64,000 nucleotides of DNA from Candidatus Poribacteria bacterium (GTDB lineage: Bacteria > Poribacteria > WGA-4E > UBA9662), in NCBI GenBank assembly GCA_036339735.1, contig JAYZAL010000001.1, forward strand, positions 32,001 to 96,000. The letters are read 5' to 3'. The notes beneath the pieces were generated by a model that worked only from the letters and a program-made list of their open reading frames with translations, was not told the origin of the DNA and did no database searches. Both the position numbers and the translations under genes were made by a program. The stretch's first letter is position 1. Each line of letters opens with the position of its first letter. Below, piece after piece: positions 10,247 through 20,665 of the stretch.

Positions 10247-11062
10247 ATGTCGAGGCCTCTTAAGATTGAAGATCAATTCTCCGAATTAGAAATTCCAAAG
10301 ACACCACTAAGTATTATTCTCATTCGTCTATTTTCCACAGTAGTAATACTATCGATTTTACTGTTTTCAATCAAAGGTGCAGAAATTCGGTTTGGTGATC
10401 TATGGACAAACTGGGACAACATGGTTCAATACGGTAGTGGTTTCCTGAAGCCTGATTTTATCGATTGGCCTGATTACCTACAAGAAATGATTATTACCCT
10501 ACAAATTGCTGCTTGGGGAACTTTTCTTGCTATTATTGGTGCCATACCTTTTGGTTTAATGTGTTCTGCGAATTTATCTCCTGTTTGGTTATCCCAACCA
10601 GTGAGGCGTATGATGGACTTGCTTCGCTCTGTAAACGAAATGGTTTTTGCCATGTTATTTATTGCAGCTGTTGGTTTAGGACCATTCGCAGGTGTTTTGG
10701 CGTTAACTCTGCACACTCTTGGTTCATTGAGCAAGCTATTCTCTGAGGTCGTTGAAGCGATTGACCCCCAACCCGTTGAAGGTATTCGAGCGACAGGAGC
10801 AACCTCGATCGAGGAAATCATTTATGGAGTTCTCCCGCAAGTTTTTCCGCTTTGGATTTCTTATTCCTTGTACCGGTTCGAAGCTAATGTACGCTCAGCT
10901 AGCGTAATTGGTATGGTTGGTGCTGGTGGTATCGGAATGTTATTATGGGATGCTATTCGTGGCTTTGACTATAGCAAAACAGCAGCCATTATCTTGATAA
11001 TTGTAGTCGTCGTTAGCTTCCTCGACTTCACTTCAGCCCGTATCCGACGTATCTACATCTAA
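10247..11062 (+). CDS. phnE: Phosphonate ABC transporter permease
   Basis: [61 protein letters not shown] 10247 chosen over 10220 to avoid overlap with phnC. Confidence 0.9.
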   Translation: MSRPLKIEDQFSELEIPKTPLSIILIRLFSTVVILSILLFSIKGAEIRFGDLWTNWDNMVQYGSGFLKPDFIDWPDYLQEMIITLQIAAWGTFLAIIGAIPFGLMCSANLSPVWLSQPVRRMMDLLRSVNEMVFAMLFIAAVGLGPFAGVLALTLHTLGSLSKLFSEVVEAIDPQPVEGIRATGATSIEEIIYGVLPQVFPLWISYSLYRFEANVRSASVIGMVGAGGIGMLLWDAIRGFDYSKTAAIILIIVVVVSFLDFTSARIRRIYI

Positions 11063-11099
11063 CCTAATCGATAATGACAATCACCGATAAAGTTCTCAA

Positions 11100-11471
11100 T
11101 TAGGCCAGCATATCGATTGGATCATAGCTAACGCTCAGGTTTCGACTGGAAAACTGTTCGTAACTGGGTGTAGGTTGGGGAGTAGTTGGTGGTTGTGTAC
11201 GATCCTGTGACGTCGGTGGCATAGTACGTTGAACGGTCATCCGTTGACTAACCAGAGAAAACTGTCTTTGCTGTGGTCTCTGGTTTTGAGCTTCTTCCTC
11301 CGCAGCCTGATTGTCAGCTTCAGCTTCCTGTAACGAGCCGAGCTCAGCTTGTTGCGTCTCTAAACGCTCAAGACGTTTGCGAGCTTCATCAGCCGAATTC
11401 TTAAACTTATCTTGGTCGAACGTGAGTTTTCGATAAAAAAGCGGGGATTGTAAATCTGTAGTAATTGCCAT
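11100..11471 (-). CDS. Hypothetical protein (short coiled coil plus Q/P/T-rich disordered tail ending PIDMLA)
   Basis: 123 aa ORF with protein-like composition and a strong upstream promoter. No family recognised. Confidence 0.6.
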   Translation of the reverse strand: MAITTDLQSPLFYRKLTFDQDKFKNSADEARKRLERLETQQAELGSLQEAEADNQAAEEEAQNQRPQQRQFSLVSQRMTVQRTMPPTSQDRTQPPTTPQPTPSYEQFSSRNLSVSYDPIDMLA

Positions 11472-11688
11472 TCGAGAATTCTAGTTATTAATGAGCAAAT
11501 CTTGCTTGGTTTTTTAAGGCCAACGGGAAAGATCTACAGATCTTTATATTCTGACAGAGGACACAGTTACCCTCTTTTATACATCACACCCTAGTTACCA
11601 TTCAAATGCAGCCCCGTTGAACAACAACCTGACTCTAGATAGTGTGTAGTCAACAAGACAATAAAATAGGATAACCTAAACACAGGCG

Positions 11689-11717
11689 ATTATATCATTG
11701 AGGACAAATTAGGTCAA
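11689..11717 (-). promoter_or_regulatory. sigma70-type promoter giving a ~210 nt leader to the 123 aa orphan gene
   Basis: Minus strand TTGACC-17 bp-TATAAT with extended TGA. Confidence 0.65.
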
Positions 11718-11975
11718 AGAAAATGTTGTCTCGCAGTTAGCCTTAATGGTTTCAGAAAATTCACCCAGAAACAGTCGTGGTACAATAGCGCTCATTTTAC
11801 GTGTTTATTCAATTTTATTCAATCAATCGATAATACACCCGTAGGCAATTATATTTTTCTCCCTTCAAAATTAACGGCTTTCATATTAACTAAGGCCTAA
11901 CTGTCAATCTAGCGCTTATAGATGATTTACTAGGGTTAAGACCGTACAGGTGCCCCAAATTGCTATCGAAAAAGT

Positions 11976-12006
11976 GGAAAAATCAGACGAAAGGACCCTT
12001 TCGTCT
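11976..12006 (-). terminator. Intrinsic terminator after tsaC
   Basis: Minus strand AGACGAAAGG-GT-CCTTTCGTCT followed by GATTTTT, directly after the tsaC stop. Confidence 0.65.
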
Positions 12007-12584
12007 TAATCCAACGACAAATCAACTGAGCCTTGGCGCCTGATTTTGGGAGGTCGAGTTGTTAAATCTAAAACAGTAGAGGAAACTTGAATTTTTGTTG
12101 GTCCACCATCCAAGATTAATAATTCATCACCTAGCTGTTGGCAAACTTGAAGAGCAGTAGTCGCAGGTGGGTAGTCAGAGCGATTCGCACTAGTCGTAGC
12201 AATGGGGCTGCCAAATTCTTGGATTAACTGACATGCTAATCTATTAGCAGGTACGCGGATACCAATTGTCGACTGGCCAGCGGTCACCACTTTGGGTAGC
12301 TCTGGTTTTGCTTTCAAAATCATGGTTAACGCTCCAGGCCAATACTTCTCAGCAAGTTCAAAAAACAGAGGGGGAACTTCTTTAACTACTAGTGTTGCTT
12401 GTTCAATCGATGAAATCAACAAAGGTATGGGTTTATTACTGGGTCGCCCCTTGTAGATAAATAGTTTTTGAACAGCTTCTGAGTTGAAAGGGTCAGCTCC
12501 AAGTCCGTATACTGTATCTGTTGGAAAAGCAATAACTTCACCAATTTGTAGTATGCGAACAGCTTGTTGAATCTTTTCTATCAT
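12006..12584 (-). CDS. tsaC: L-threonylcarbamoyladenylate synthase (TsaC/Sua5/YrdC family, short form)
   Basis: AFPTDTVYGLG, KGRPSNKP, PGALT, ATTSANRS, SSTVLD, RQG. Confidence 0.93.
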   Translation of the reverse strand: MIEKIQQAVRILQIGEVIAFPTDTVYGLGADPFNSEAVQKLFIYKGRPSNKPIPLLISSIEQATLVVKEVPPLFFELAEKYWPGALTMILKAKPELPKVVTAGQSTIGIRVPANRLACQLIQEFGSPIATTSANRSDYPPATTALQVCQQLGDELLILDGGPTKIQVSSTVLDLTTRPPKIRRQGSVDLSLD

Positions 12585-12596
12585 TATGTCTTTGGG

Positions 12597-13604
12597 TTAT
12601 ACAATTTCGGATCTGGCTGAAGCATTAAGGTCGAAATCGTCCCTTTGGCCTTGACAATATTTATGGTAAGCTAATCCCGCAATCATTGCCGCGTTATCAG
12701 TACAAAGACGTATGGAAGGATAAAAAACCTTTGCTCCAATTTCCTCACCAGCAATTTCCATTTCCTTCCTCAAAAGACTATTAGCTGCTACTCCACCCGT
12801 CAACGTAATTGTTCGATATCCTTTTTCTCTGGTTGCTCGTATAGTTTTTGCTACCAAAACCTCAACTGCAGCGGATTGAAAGCTCGCTGCAATATCTTCA
12901 ACAGATGGAAGTTCTTGATTTTTCTTGGCTTTCTCGACAAAGTTTCGGACTGATGTTTTAATTCCGCTATAGCTAAATTGGTAATTTCCACTATTCAACA
13001 TGGGACGTGGAAATGCAATGGCTGTTTCGTCTCCCATCTTAGCAAGATCATCAATAATTTTGCCCCCTGGAAATCCTAATCCTAGGTATTTTGCTACTTT
13101 ATCGTATGCTTCTCCCGCAGCATCATCTTGAGTACTACCTAATACATGATAGTTTTCCCATCCTTCTAGCACTTCTACTAGTAAAGTATGTCCACCAGAA
13201 ACAGTCAAACATAAGTGTGGAAATGTAAGTTGATCATGTTCCATAAATGGTGCATAAATATGTCCTTCAATGTGGTTAATACCAAGTAGAGGAAGTTGAC
13301 AGCAATATGCCAAACTTTTCGCTGCGGAGACACCGACCAGTAAAGCCCCAATCAAGCCTGGCCGGTTGGTTACAGCAATAGCAGAAAGATCAGTCAGATT
13401 GACATCAGCTTTTTGTAATGCTTCCTCAATAATGTAATTTATTAATTCTACATGCTGGCGAGAAGCTAATTCAGGAACGATTCCACCATACTCTTTATGA
13501 AGTTCAATTTGGGAAGAAATAATATTTGACTGAATTGACCTGCCACCTTCAACTACTGCAACTGAAGTGTCATCACAAGAAGTATCAATGCCTAAAATCT
13601 TCAT
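12597..13604 (-). CDS. tsaD: tRNA N6-adenosine threonylcarbamoyltransferase
   Basis: MKILGIDTSCDDT, GGIVPELASRQH, NHIEGH, VSGGHT, DDAAGEAYDKVA, CTDNAAMI. Alternative start at 13637. Confidence 0.96.
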   Translation of the reverse strand: MKILGIDTSCDDTSVAVVEGGRSIQSNIISSQIELHKEYGGIVPELASRQHVELINYIIEEALQKADVNLTDLSAIAVTNRPGLIGALLVGVSAAKSLAYCCQLPLLGINHIEGHIYAPFMEHDQLTFPHLCLTVSGGHTLLVEVLEGWENYHVLGSTQDDAAGEAYDKVAKYLGLGFPGGKIIDDLAKMGDETAIAFPRPMLNSGNYQFSYSGIKTSVRNFVEKAKKNQELPSVEDIAASFQSAAVEVLVAKTIRATREKGYRTITLTGGVAANSLLRKEMEIAGEEIGAKVFYPSIRLCTDNAAMIAGLAYHKYCQGQRDDFDLNASARSEIV

Positions 13605-13650
13605 TCCTTCACCTAAAACCTCTTTCTCTTTTGTCATTTATCATTTTGAT

Positions 13651-15522
13651 CTACATTCTACCTTGCATTTGTCCCATCGCCATGATCATACCGTACAATT
13701 GTTGCAACTCTATGACTGAGGTAAATAATTTTATTTCTAAACCATCTTTTTTGGGAGCCACTCCCATAGCAATGCTATAGGTTTGTGGAATTCCAGCTAA
13801 TAATGCTGCAACCATTCCAATGTTAGGATCAGACTGAGCAACCACATTCAAAATTTGGTTAATCATGGTCATGGGAGAGATCCCCATGACCATGTAGCCC
13901 GATGAATCTAGTTCATCAAATAAGCGATCATAGCCGGCGCTTTGATCAAACCCATTATCCAAACCAAGACATGTATCTACAACTGACTTGATAGCTTGTG
14001 GGGTCTCAGCAGTTGAAACAACTAGAAATTGTTCAAAGATAGCATAGTAAAGATGTAATTCGCTGGGCATCATAACACCTAGCTGTGAGTCATCAAATAA
14101 ATCCAAGTTACCAATTCCCTGATTTGGTAGAATATAGTTTTTAATTTCGACTCCCTCATAAATCTCAGTTGAGCCGGCCTCGACCGGTGAATCTGATTCG
14201 TTGAGCCCCATTGCTTGGTAAATGAGAGAGTTAGAACCATACATTAACTGGAAATATCCATTATCAATGAGTTGCTCGAGCTTTTTCTGATCGGTAATTT
14301 TGTAAATCTGAGTTAAGTCAGGAATAACAGAACTAGAAATATTATTAAATCCTGCCGATTGAGGACCAACAGACTTATAGAATTCGGAAGCCAAAGCTGC
14401 AATCTTAGTACTCAATTCCTCGGCATTATCAGGAATTTTCTCTTCACCTGATAATTTCAACATTTTGACCCCCATATCCATTGACCAAATTGCAATCTCA
14501 GCAATTTTGTTAGGATCAAGATTCATCCCGTACGCCATTCCACTACCTTCGGGGATATATTTCAAAAGTGGGAAATTTTCGGGACCGGTTCTAGAAGTAA
14601 TATTTTTAGCAAAAGGCTCAAGGTAGTTACTAATCTGACTATCGGAAATCATCTGTATAAACGGAGTTAATACAATTTCTCCCTTATCGTGCTGCAATGT
14701 TAAACTCAGAGAGTGTATCTGAGATAACCACTGAGATATAGTCTTTAAGATTTCAGTCTGCCCTGTTTCTTGTGAAACTCGTCCAAAAAATTCAGTTACC
14801 ATTGCTTGGTTATTTTCAACTAATCTCTGGATAGAAAAATATGCTGCTATATCATTAGTAGAAGAATTAAGTAGTAAATCAGAAAAACTAGTGGATTTTG
14901 TAATGGGTTTAGCTTCCTTAAGATAAGTTTCAATTACTTGGTGGCAAATTGATCTACTACTTGTAAATACCATGACATTATCTAAAAATAGAAATGACTC
15001 CGAATTAGTTGATTCTCCTTTCTCTCCATTTCTCGGTTTGGTCAGATAAGTAATACTACGGTGTTTTTGCTCTACTAAATCACCTTCTTCCTGACTCAGC
15101 ATTTGTCGGACATCCTCTTGGTTTTCGACATGAACAACAGCCGAAACCGCTACCGGATTCCCCACATTACTCTCATTTGTATGCATAAAAATAGCAAAGC
15201 CACGTGAAAAGTCAAAACCAATTTCTTCTAATTCATTGAGACTCTCAAAACCTGCTGAAAACATATTGGCTAGTATAGCCACTAGCACATCAGTATCTGG
15301 ATCTGAGGTCGGATCCATTTGTGCCATCAAATCACCAACCTCTTGATTGAAGCCTTTTAGATTGCCGACATGAACTAAACCAACAGCCGAGCTTGGTATA
15401 ACTTCCAGCACTGAATCGATTTTTGCACTAGCACTAATCGTTAGTAAAATCAAAACAAAACCGAATAAACGTGTTTCCCAACGGGTAAACATTTGGAACT
15501 CCTGTGGCCAGGTTTTGGCCAT
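13651..15522 (-). CDS. Secreted hypothetical protein (DUF3352-like architecture)
   Basis: 623 aa with signal-peptide-like LFGFVLILLTISASA. Two repeated alpha/beta halves with 'HRSITY' and 'YEGVEI' motifs. Family call is tentative. Confidence 0.55.
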   Translation of the reverse strand: MAKTWPQEFQMFTRWETRLFGFVLILLTISASAKIDSVLEVIPSSAVGLVHVGNLKGFNQEVGDLMAQMDPTSDPDTDVLVAILANMFSAGFESLNELEEIGFDFSRGFAIFMHTNESNVGNPVAVSAVVHVENQEDVRQMLSQEEGDLVEQKHRSITYLTKPRNGEKGESTNSESFLFLDNVMVFTSSRSICHQVIETYLKEAKPITKSTSFSDLLLNSSTNDIAAYFSIQRLVENNQAMVTEFFGRVSQETGQTEILKTISQWLSQIHSLSLTLQHDKGEIVLTPFIQMISDSQISNYLEPFAKNITSRTGPENFPLLKYIPEGSGMAYGMNLDPNKIAEIAIWSMDMGVKMLKLSGEEKIPDNAEELSTKIAALASEFYKSVGPQSAGFNNISSSVIPDLTQIYKITDQKKLEQLIDNGYFQLMYGSNSLIYQAMGLNESDSPVEAGSTEIYEGVEIKNYILPNQGIGNLDLFDDSQLGVMMPSELHLYYAIFEQFLVVSTAETPQAIKSVVDTCLGLDNGFDQSAGYDRLFDELDSSGYMVMGISPMTMINQILNVVAQSDPNIGMVAALLAGIPQTYSIAMGVAPKKDGLEIKLFTSVIELQQLYGMIMAMGQMQGRM

Positions 15523-15682
15523 TTTTATGATTGTTTATTAAACACTAAGACCGTACATACACCCAGATACTAACCGTATTCGCTACTTTTTGATTCAGTG
15601 GGCGCAAGCCGTTTTACTAAAAAACTTTATTTGTATTTAGAAATAATAAGAATCTTTGAACCTTCCATACTTGTAGACCGTA

Positions 15683-16870
15683 TCAAATTTTGATATCAGT
15701 ACGAGTAGAAATTACTTCAACCAAGGACGCGACAAATTTATCGATATCCTCATAACTATTGTATAGGTGAGTTGAAATTCGAAAAACAGGAATGCCTCCA
15801 GCATCTAGAGAAACTACTTGAATTTGATAATCTTGCCACAGGTAGTTGACAACTTTACCATGATCGATACCAGGAATAGTAAAAGTGGTCAAAAAACCAG
15901 ATTGGTCGCTGTCCCTTGGAATCGTCAGTTCAGCCTCTGAAATCTGATCTAAAATTTGGCTTTTTAAATAAGCAGCTAAACTAAGGCAATAGGGCCGAAT
16001 ACGGTCTTCCCAGCCGATCTCTATTTGAAAATCAATCGCTTTACCTAGGCCTGCAAAATGAGTAGAGTCTCTAGTACCTGCCACGTCAAAGCGGTGAGGG
16101 GGTTTTTGATTAAGGCCAAAACCCAAAGTTGCTGGACGCAAATCCAAAAAGGGTTCAGCCAAATAAGCCATGCCTACCCCTTTGGGAGCAAGCAACCACT
16201 TGTGACAGCTAGAGAGATAAAAGTCACAATTCGAAACGTCGATAGGAACCATTCCAACGGCATGGGCACCATCCACAACGGAAAATGCATCATATTCGCG
16301 CGCTAATTGACAAAGATCTTTAACTGGCGTAACCAATCCACTGGTACAGTAGACATGGCTAAAGACTAAGACCTGTGTGTGATAGCTGATGCCCTCTGCA
16401 AAGGCCTCAACTATCTGTCTGGGATCCGATGGTTTAATTGGTAAAGAAATAGTACGAATTTTTAACCCTTTTTGCGCTGCTACATACTCCCAAATATTCT
16501 TGACTGCTCCATACTCTTGATCGCTCATTAGAACTTCATTTCCTGATTCAAGAGGAAGGCCACATGCTGGAATATTCATTCCCATTGTTGTGTTGAGAAC
16601 AAGCGAAATTTGATCCGGATTGGCACCAATGAACTTACCCAACTTCTGTCGACTTTCTTCTACCAAGGGGGCCAGTAATGAACCACCTCCGTTGTTAAGT
16701 GGGTCAGATTCTAGTTCCCGCAAGAGAGAAATGACATATTCAGTAACTGGCCGAGGAGAAGGGCCAACCGTTCCTCCCTGCAGATAAGACACCTTATTAC
16801 TTAGGTAAAATTGTCGACGAACTGACTGCCAGAAAGCCATTTCTTTTTCTGCTAATACGTATTTTGACAT
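15683..16870 (-). CDS. Class V PLP aminotransferase-fold enzyme (isopenicillin N epimerase/C-S lyase-like)
   Basis: YLQGGTVGPSP, NTTMG, DQEYGA, VDGAHAVG, SSCHKWLLAPKG (PLP lysine), RISTHLYN. Confidence 0.85.
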   Translation of the reverse strand: MSKYVLAEKEMAFWQSVRRQFYLSNKVSYLQGGTVGPSPRPVTEYVISLLRELESDPLNNGGGSLLAPLVEESRQKLGKFIGANPDQISLVLNTTMGMNIPACGLPLESGNEVLMSDQEYGAVKNIWEYVAAQKGLKIRTISLPIKPSDPRQIVEAFAEGISYHTQVLVFSHVYCTSGLVTPVKDLCQLAREYDAFSVVDGAHAVGMVPIDVSNCDFYLSSCHKWLLAPKGVGMAYLAEPFLDLRPATLGFGLNQKPPHRFDVAGTRDSTHFAGLGKAIDFQIEIGWEDRIRPYCLSLAAYLKSQILDQISEAELTIPRDSDQSGFLTTFTIPGIDHGKVVNYLWQDYQIQVVSLDAGGIPVFRISTHLYNSYEDIDKFVASLVEVISTRTDIKI

Positions 16871-16963
16871 AATTTAACCGAAAAATTTGTCAGATAGACT
16901 TACCTACCGATTCAAGAATGAATAGCTTATCTTATTAATCATCCAAATCAACAATACTATTTC

Positions 16964-18313
16964 TCAGTAGGATGAAATAACGGATGAAATGACATCAACA
17001 ATCTGGTCAGCCTGTTTAAGTGTCAAGATAAGAGGCGGTGCTACGAATAAAATATTTTCCGGTTCTTCCAAAGCGTGGCTAATTTTACCAATAAGAATCC
17101 CTTTTTCCTTAATTTGATGAACAATCTGGGTTGTTTCTGCTGTTGGTAGGTTGAAGCCATTGGTATCCACTAACTCAATTGCAATCATTAAACCTTTACC
17201 TCTTACTTCTTTCACTATCGCGAAATCAGTTAAGTTTTGCAGTTTTTCCTCTATATAAGTTCCAACCTGACATGAATTTTTCCACAATTGCTCGCCCATC
17301 AAAATATCAATATTTGATAAAGCTGCCGCACAAGCAACTGGGTGGCCTCCATAAGTACAAACTTGCTCAAATTCTAACCTTTCCTCTCCATCACCTAGAA
17401 ACTGATCAAAAACTTGGTCGGTTGCAACACAAGCACCAAGAGGTACATACCCACTTGTAATTCCTTTGGCTAGAGTAATAATATCTGGCTGAATATCCCA
17501 ATGGTGACAAGCAAAAAGTTCTCCAGTTCGACCGAAACCAGTAATCACTTCGTCTATAATCAATAGTAACCCGTATTTGTCACAAATCTCTCGCAGACGA
17601 GGGAAATAATCATCAGGTGGGATAATTACACCTCCACCACCGATAATTGGCTCTGCGATCACCGCCGCTACAGTCTGTGGTCCTTCCCATTGTATAACTT
17701 GCTCAATTTCTTCGACCTTTAGCGGGTCTACATGCTTAAAGCCTGGAGTTAAAGGTTCATATGGAATCCGGCGTCTAGCTTGGCCAGTAGCAGACATCGC
17801 TGCATAGGTAAAGCCATGATAACTACGATAGCGACTAATAATTTTATACCGATTTTCTTTAGGAAATCTTTGTTTTCCATACTGGCGTGCCATCTTAATG
17901 GCAGTTTCGTTGGCTTCTGAACCACTATTGCAAAAGAATGAGTAATTCAGATTCCCAGGGAGTAATTTTGCTAATTTATGGGCTAATAAAGACGCAGGCT
18001 TATTAATTTGAGATAAGGGGTAATAAGGTAATTTCTGTATTTGCCTGTAAACGGCTTCAGCGATTTCTTGGCGACCGTAACCCACATTGACATTCCACAA
18101 CCCCGAATACGCATCCAGATATTGACTCCCATCGTTATCAGTTAAAAAAACACCTTCGCCGTGCTCAAAAACCGTCAGTTCCGCATTTTTCAAATTCTTG
18201 TGTTGATAGAGTGGGTGCCAAATATGATCACGGTCAATATGTTGATAATCTTGTGTTTGTAGGTTCAGAAAATCAGTTGTACTAGTTGTATTTGTTCTAA
18301 AACGCATATCCAT
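16964..18313 (-). CDS. Class III PLP aminotransferase (omega-amine/taurine-pyruvate-like)
   Basis: YLDAYSGLWNVNVGYG, NSGSEANETAIK, SYHG, DEVITGFGRTG, DIITLAKGITSGY. Confidence 0.9.
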   Translation of the reverse strand: MDMRFRTNTTSTTDFLNLQTQDYQHIDRDHIWHPLYQHKNLKNAELTVFEHGEGVFLTDNDGSQYLDAYSGLWNVNVGYGRQEIAEAVYRQIQKLPYYPLSQINKPASLLAHKLAKLLPGNLNYSFFCNSGSEANETAIKMARQYGKQRFPKENRYKIISRYRSYHGFTYAAMSATGQARRRIPYEPLTPGFKHVDPLKVEEIEQVIQWEGPQTVAAVIAEPIIGGGGVIIPPDDYFPRLREICDKYGLLLIIDEVITGFGRTGELFACHHWDIQPDIITLAKGITSGYVPLGACVATDQVFDQFLGDGEERLEFEQVCTYGGHPVACAAALSNIDILMGEQLWKNSCQVGTYIEEKLQNLTDFAIVKEVRGKGLMIAIELVDTNGFNLPTAETTQIVHQIKEKGILIGKISHALEEPENILFVAPPLILTLKQADQIVDVISSVISSY

Positions 18314-18378
18314 TTAACCTAATGACAGATGAGACGACTACATCTTTGAAAATTTGACCAGTTTGTGGAATTCTATAT

Positions 18379-19452
18379 TTACGTATTCAAGGAATCTGAC
18401 ATTTCATCAATGTGGGTGTTATTTGTCAAAACACCAATTTCAACTTCGTAATGTCTTCTACCGCCAGGTTCTAAATACTCTATACTATCGTTAGCACGTT
18501 CAGTTGCTCTTCCACCTAAGCCACAATTAGCCGGTTCCAAACCGACACAGTAAACGGATTCACCTAACATTTTCCACTGAACAAATCGGGGAAACTGTGT
18601 TTTGTGATAGCGAACATAGAGTCCAATACCTTCTCCTGAATTAAAATCTCTATTAGCTAGCGCAACGTGAACATGGTTACTTTCATCTGCCAACATATCG
18701 TGAAGAAAAACCTGCTCTTGGTAATCTGGTTGTGGTTGGCTAAATTGATCGTGTAACCCATTGGCTGATTGCTCATCTCTGGGAGAAACACGTTCAGAAG
18801 GTGCGATCAGTTCACTATTTGGCCCTAAAATTGGCCAACCAACATTAATATGAAATAAAATCATTAGAGGTGATTGTTGCCAACCAATATTTTCTACGAT
18901 GTCTTCGATCTTGACAGAATTACTCCCCAACTCAGTTGTAATTCGTCGAGTTCTTTCCAAGTTGGTTCCAAAAACTGAAGTTTCTCGAACTTTCCCTTGT
19001 ACCCATATACAATAACGATCACCTTCCCATCGAGTGTCGGCCCAGACATTAGTTGCTGGAATGTTCGATACACGCCCATGCAAGCCTAATGGCTCGCCCT
19101 CATCTTTGTTGGCTGGACCAACGTTTGTCATTCCGCAAGTAGTTAGCAAGCCACCGTAAAAAGAGCGTAGCCAACCATTGCCAGATGGTTCATAAAAAGT
19201 AGGTGCAACATCACCAGTACTGGAACGCCAACAAAGGGGAATCCCACGATAGCTAGCAGTTGAGATATCGAGTCCACGGTCTGGCAAGACCGTAAAAGTG
19301 AAACCCGTACCAGTATAGAAATCGATAGATGAGACTCCCTTCTCGGTGCCATCAGTTCGATTTGAGGAACGTAAACCTGCGATTTGAGACATATCGCCGA
19401 CTCTCTTCTGTAAGTCAGATCGAAGCAGGTTCTCACCATAAAGATTCACCAT
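18379..19452 (-). CDS. Aldose 1-epimerase-like protein (DUF4432 family)
   Basis: VLPDRGLDI, GWLRSFYGGLLTTCG, LHGRVSNIPA, HINVGWP, GLEPAN. Confidence 0.85.
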   Translation of the reverse strand: MVNLYGENLLRSDLQKRVGDMSQIAGLRSSNRTDGTEKGVSSIDFYTGTGFTFTVLPDRGLDISTASYRGIPLCWRSSTGDVAPTFYEPSGNGWLRSFYGGLLTTCGMTNVGPANKDEGEPLGLHGRVSNIPATNVWADTRWEGDRYCIWVQGKVRETSVFGTNLERTRRITTELGSNSVKIEDIVENIGWQQSPLMILFHINVGWPILGPNSELIAPSERVSPRDEQSANGLHDQFSQPQPDYQEQVFLHDMLADESNHVHVALANRDFNSGEGIGLYVRYHKTQFPRFVQWKMLGESVYCVGLEPANCGLGGRATERANDSIEYLEPGGRRHYEVEIGVLTNNTHIDEMSDSLNT

Positions 19453-19490
19453 TAGTTCTCCCTTCCCATTTGTTATGCTCTTGACTGTTA

Positions 19491-20621
19491 CTAGTTAAGA
19501 CGTTGCCCAGTCTCATTATCAAAAAAATGCAGGTATTGCTTCGCTGATTCTGTCTTATGAGATAATGGAAGAATCAAAGCAACGTAATCACCAATACTAC
19601 ACTTTTGGCCCGAGTCTACGCGACATACAACCGTTTGTTCAGTTGAGTTGATAGTGACATAGACTAGAATCTCTGATCCGGTTGGTTCAATTACGTCAAC
19701 TTGACCACTAATACCATTATCCCCAAAATCCGAAATGCTTATTTCTAAATCCTCTGGTCGTATTCCAGCTGTCAGATTGCGTCCTTGATAGTGTGTTAAC
19801 TGTTCTGACATACTACTAGGTGGAATAGCTAATTGAACACCTTCTGCCGTAACAAAATTCAGTTCTGGTCCCATAGATTGGATTTGGCCGGAGAAAAAAT
19901 TCATCGGTGGCATACCAATAAAACTAGCCACAAATTTATTTTCAGGACGATCATAAAGTGTTATTGGGTCTGAGACTTGTTGGATTAGACCTTCATTCAT
20001 CACTACAATTCTATCACCCATGGTCATGGCTTCAATTTGGTCATGAGTAACATATAACATTGTGGACTTTAATTGGCTGTGTAAACGTTTAATTTCGAAC
20101 CTCATTTGAACTCTCAATTTAGCATCTAAGTTTGAGAGAGGTTCGTCAAATAAGAAAGCTGCTGGCTGGCGAACGATTGCCCGTCCTACTGCTACTCTTT
20201 GTCGTTGGCCACCAGAAAGTTGCTTCGGTTTCCTAGATAATAGATCTTGCAAATCCAGCATTTGAGCAGTTTCGTGAATTCTTTGTTGGATTTCTGATTT
20301 ACTAAATTTGCGCAATTTCAGACCAAAAGCCATGTTGTCGTAAACATTCATATGCGGGTACAGAGCATAGTTTTGAAAAACCATGGCAATATCCCGATCC
20401 TTAGGTGAAACCCAATTGATTAAACGATCATCAATGGTAATATTACCAGTAGTGATCTCTTCTAAGCCTGCAATCATCCGTAGAGTGGTTGATTTTCCAC
20501 AACCGGAAGGACCAACCAGAACTACAAATTCTCCATCGGCAACATCCAAATTAAAATCGGTTACCGCTGTTACGTCACCGGGATAGACTTTGCCAACACC
20601 TTCAAGTTTCACTTGTGCCAT
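19491..20621 (-). CDS. Carbohydrate ABC transporter ATPase (MalK/UgpC family)
   Basis: GPSGCGKSTTLRMIAGLE, VFQNYALYPHM, LSGGQRQRVA, DEPLSNLDAKLR, C-terminal TOBE region. Confidence 0.95.
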   Translation of the reverse strand: MAQVKLEGVGKVYPGDVTAVTDFNLDVADGEFVVLVGPSGCGKSTTLRMIAGLEEITTGNITIDDRLINWVSPKDRDIAMVFQNYALYPHMNVYDNMAFGLKLRKFSKSEIQQRIHETAQMLDLQDLLSRKPKQLSGGQRQRVAVGRAIVRQPAAFLFDEPLSNLDAKLRVQMRFEIKRLHSQLKSTMLYVTHDQIEAMTMGDRIVVMNEGLIQQVSDPITLYDRPENKFVASFIGMPPMNFFSGQIQSMGPELNFVTAEGVQLAIPPSSMSEQLTHYQGRNLTAGIRPEDLEISISDFGDNGISGQVDVIEPTGSEILVYVTINSTEQTVVCRVDSGQKCSIGDYVALILPLSHKTESAKQYLHFFDNETGQRLN

Positions 20622-20665
20622 TTTTATTTCCTTTTTGAGCTATATAATTGATATCAATCAAACAG

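Noticed and set aside
11937..15557. 12-mer TAAGACCGTACA present in two intergenic regions (~11937 and ~15546)
   Set aside because: One 12-mer match is expected by chance at this scale, and the flanks share no similarity.
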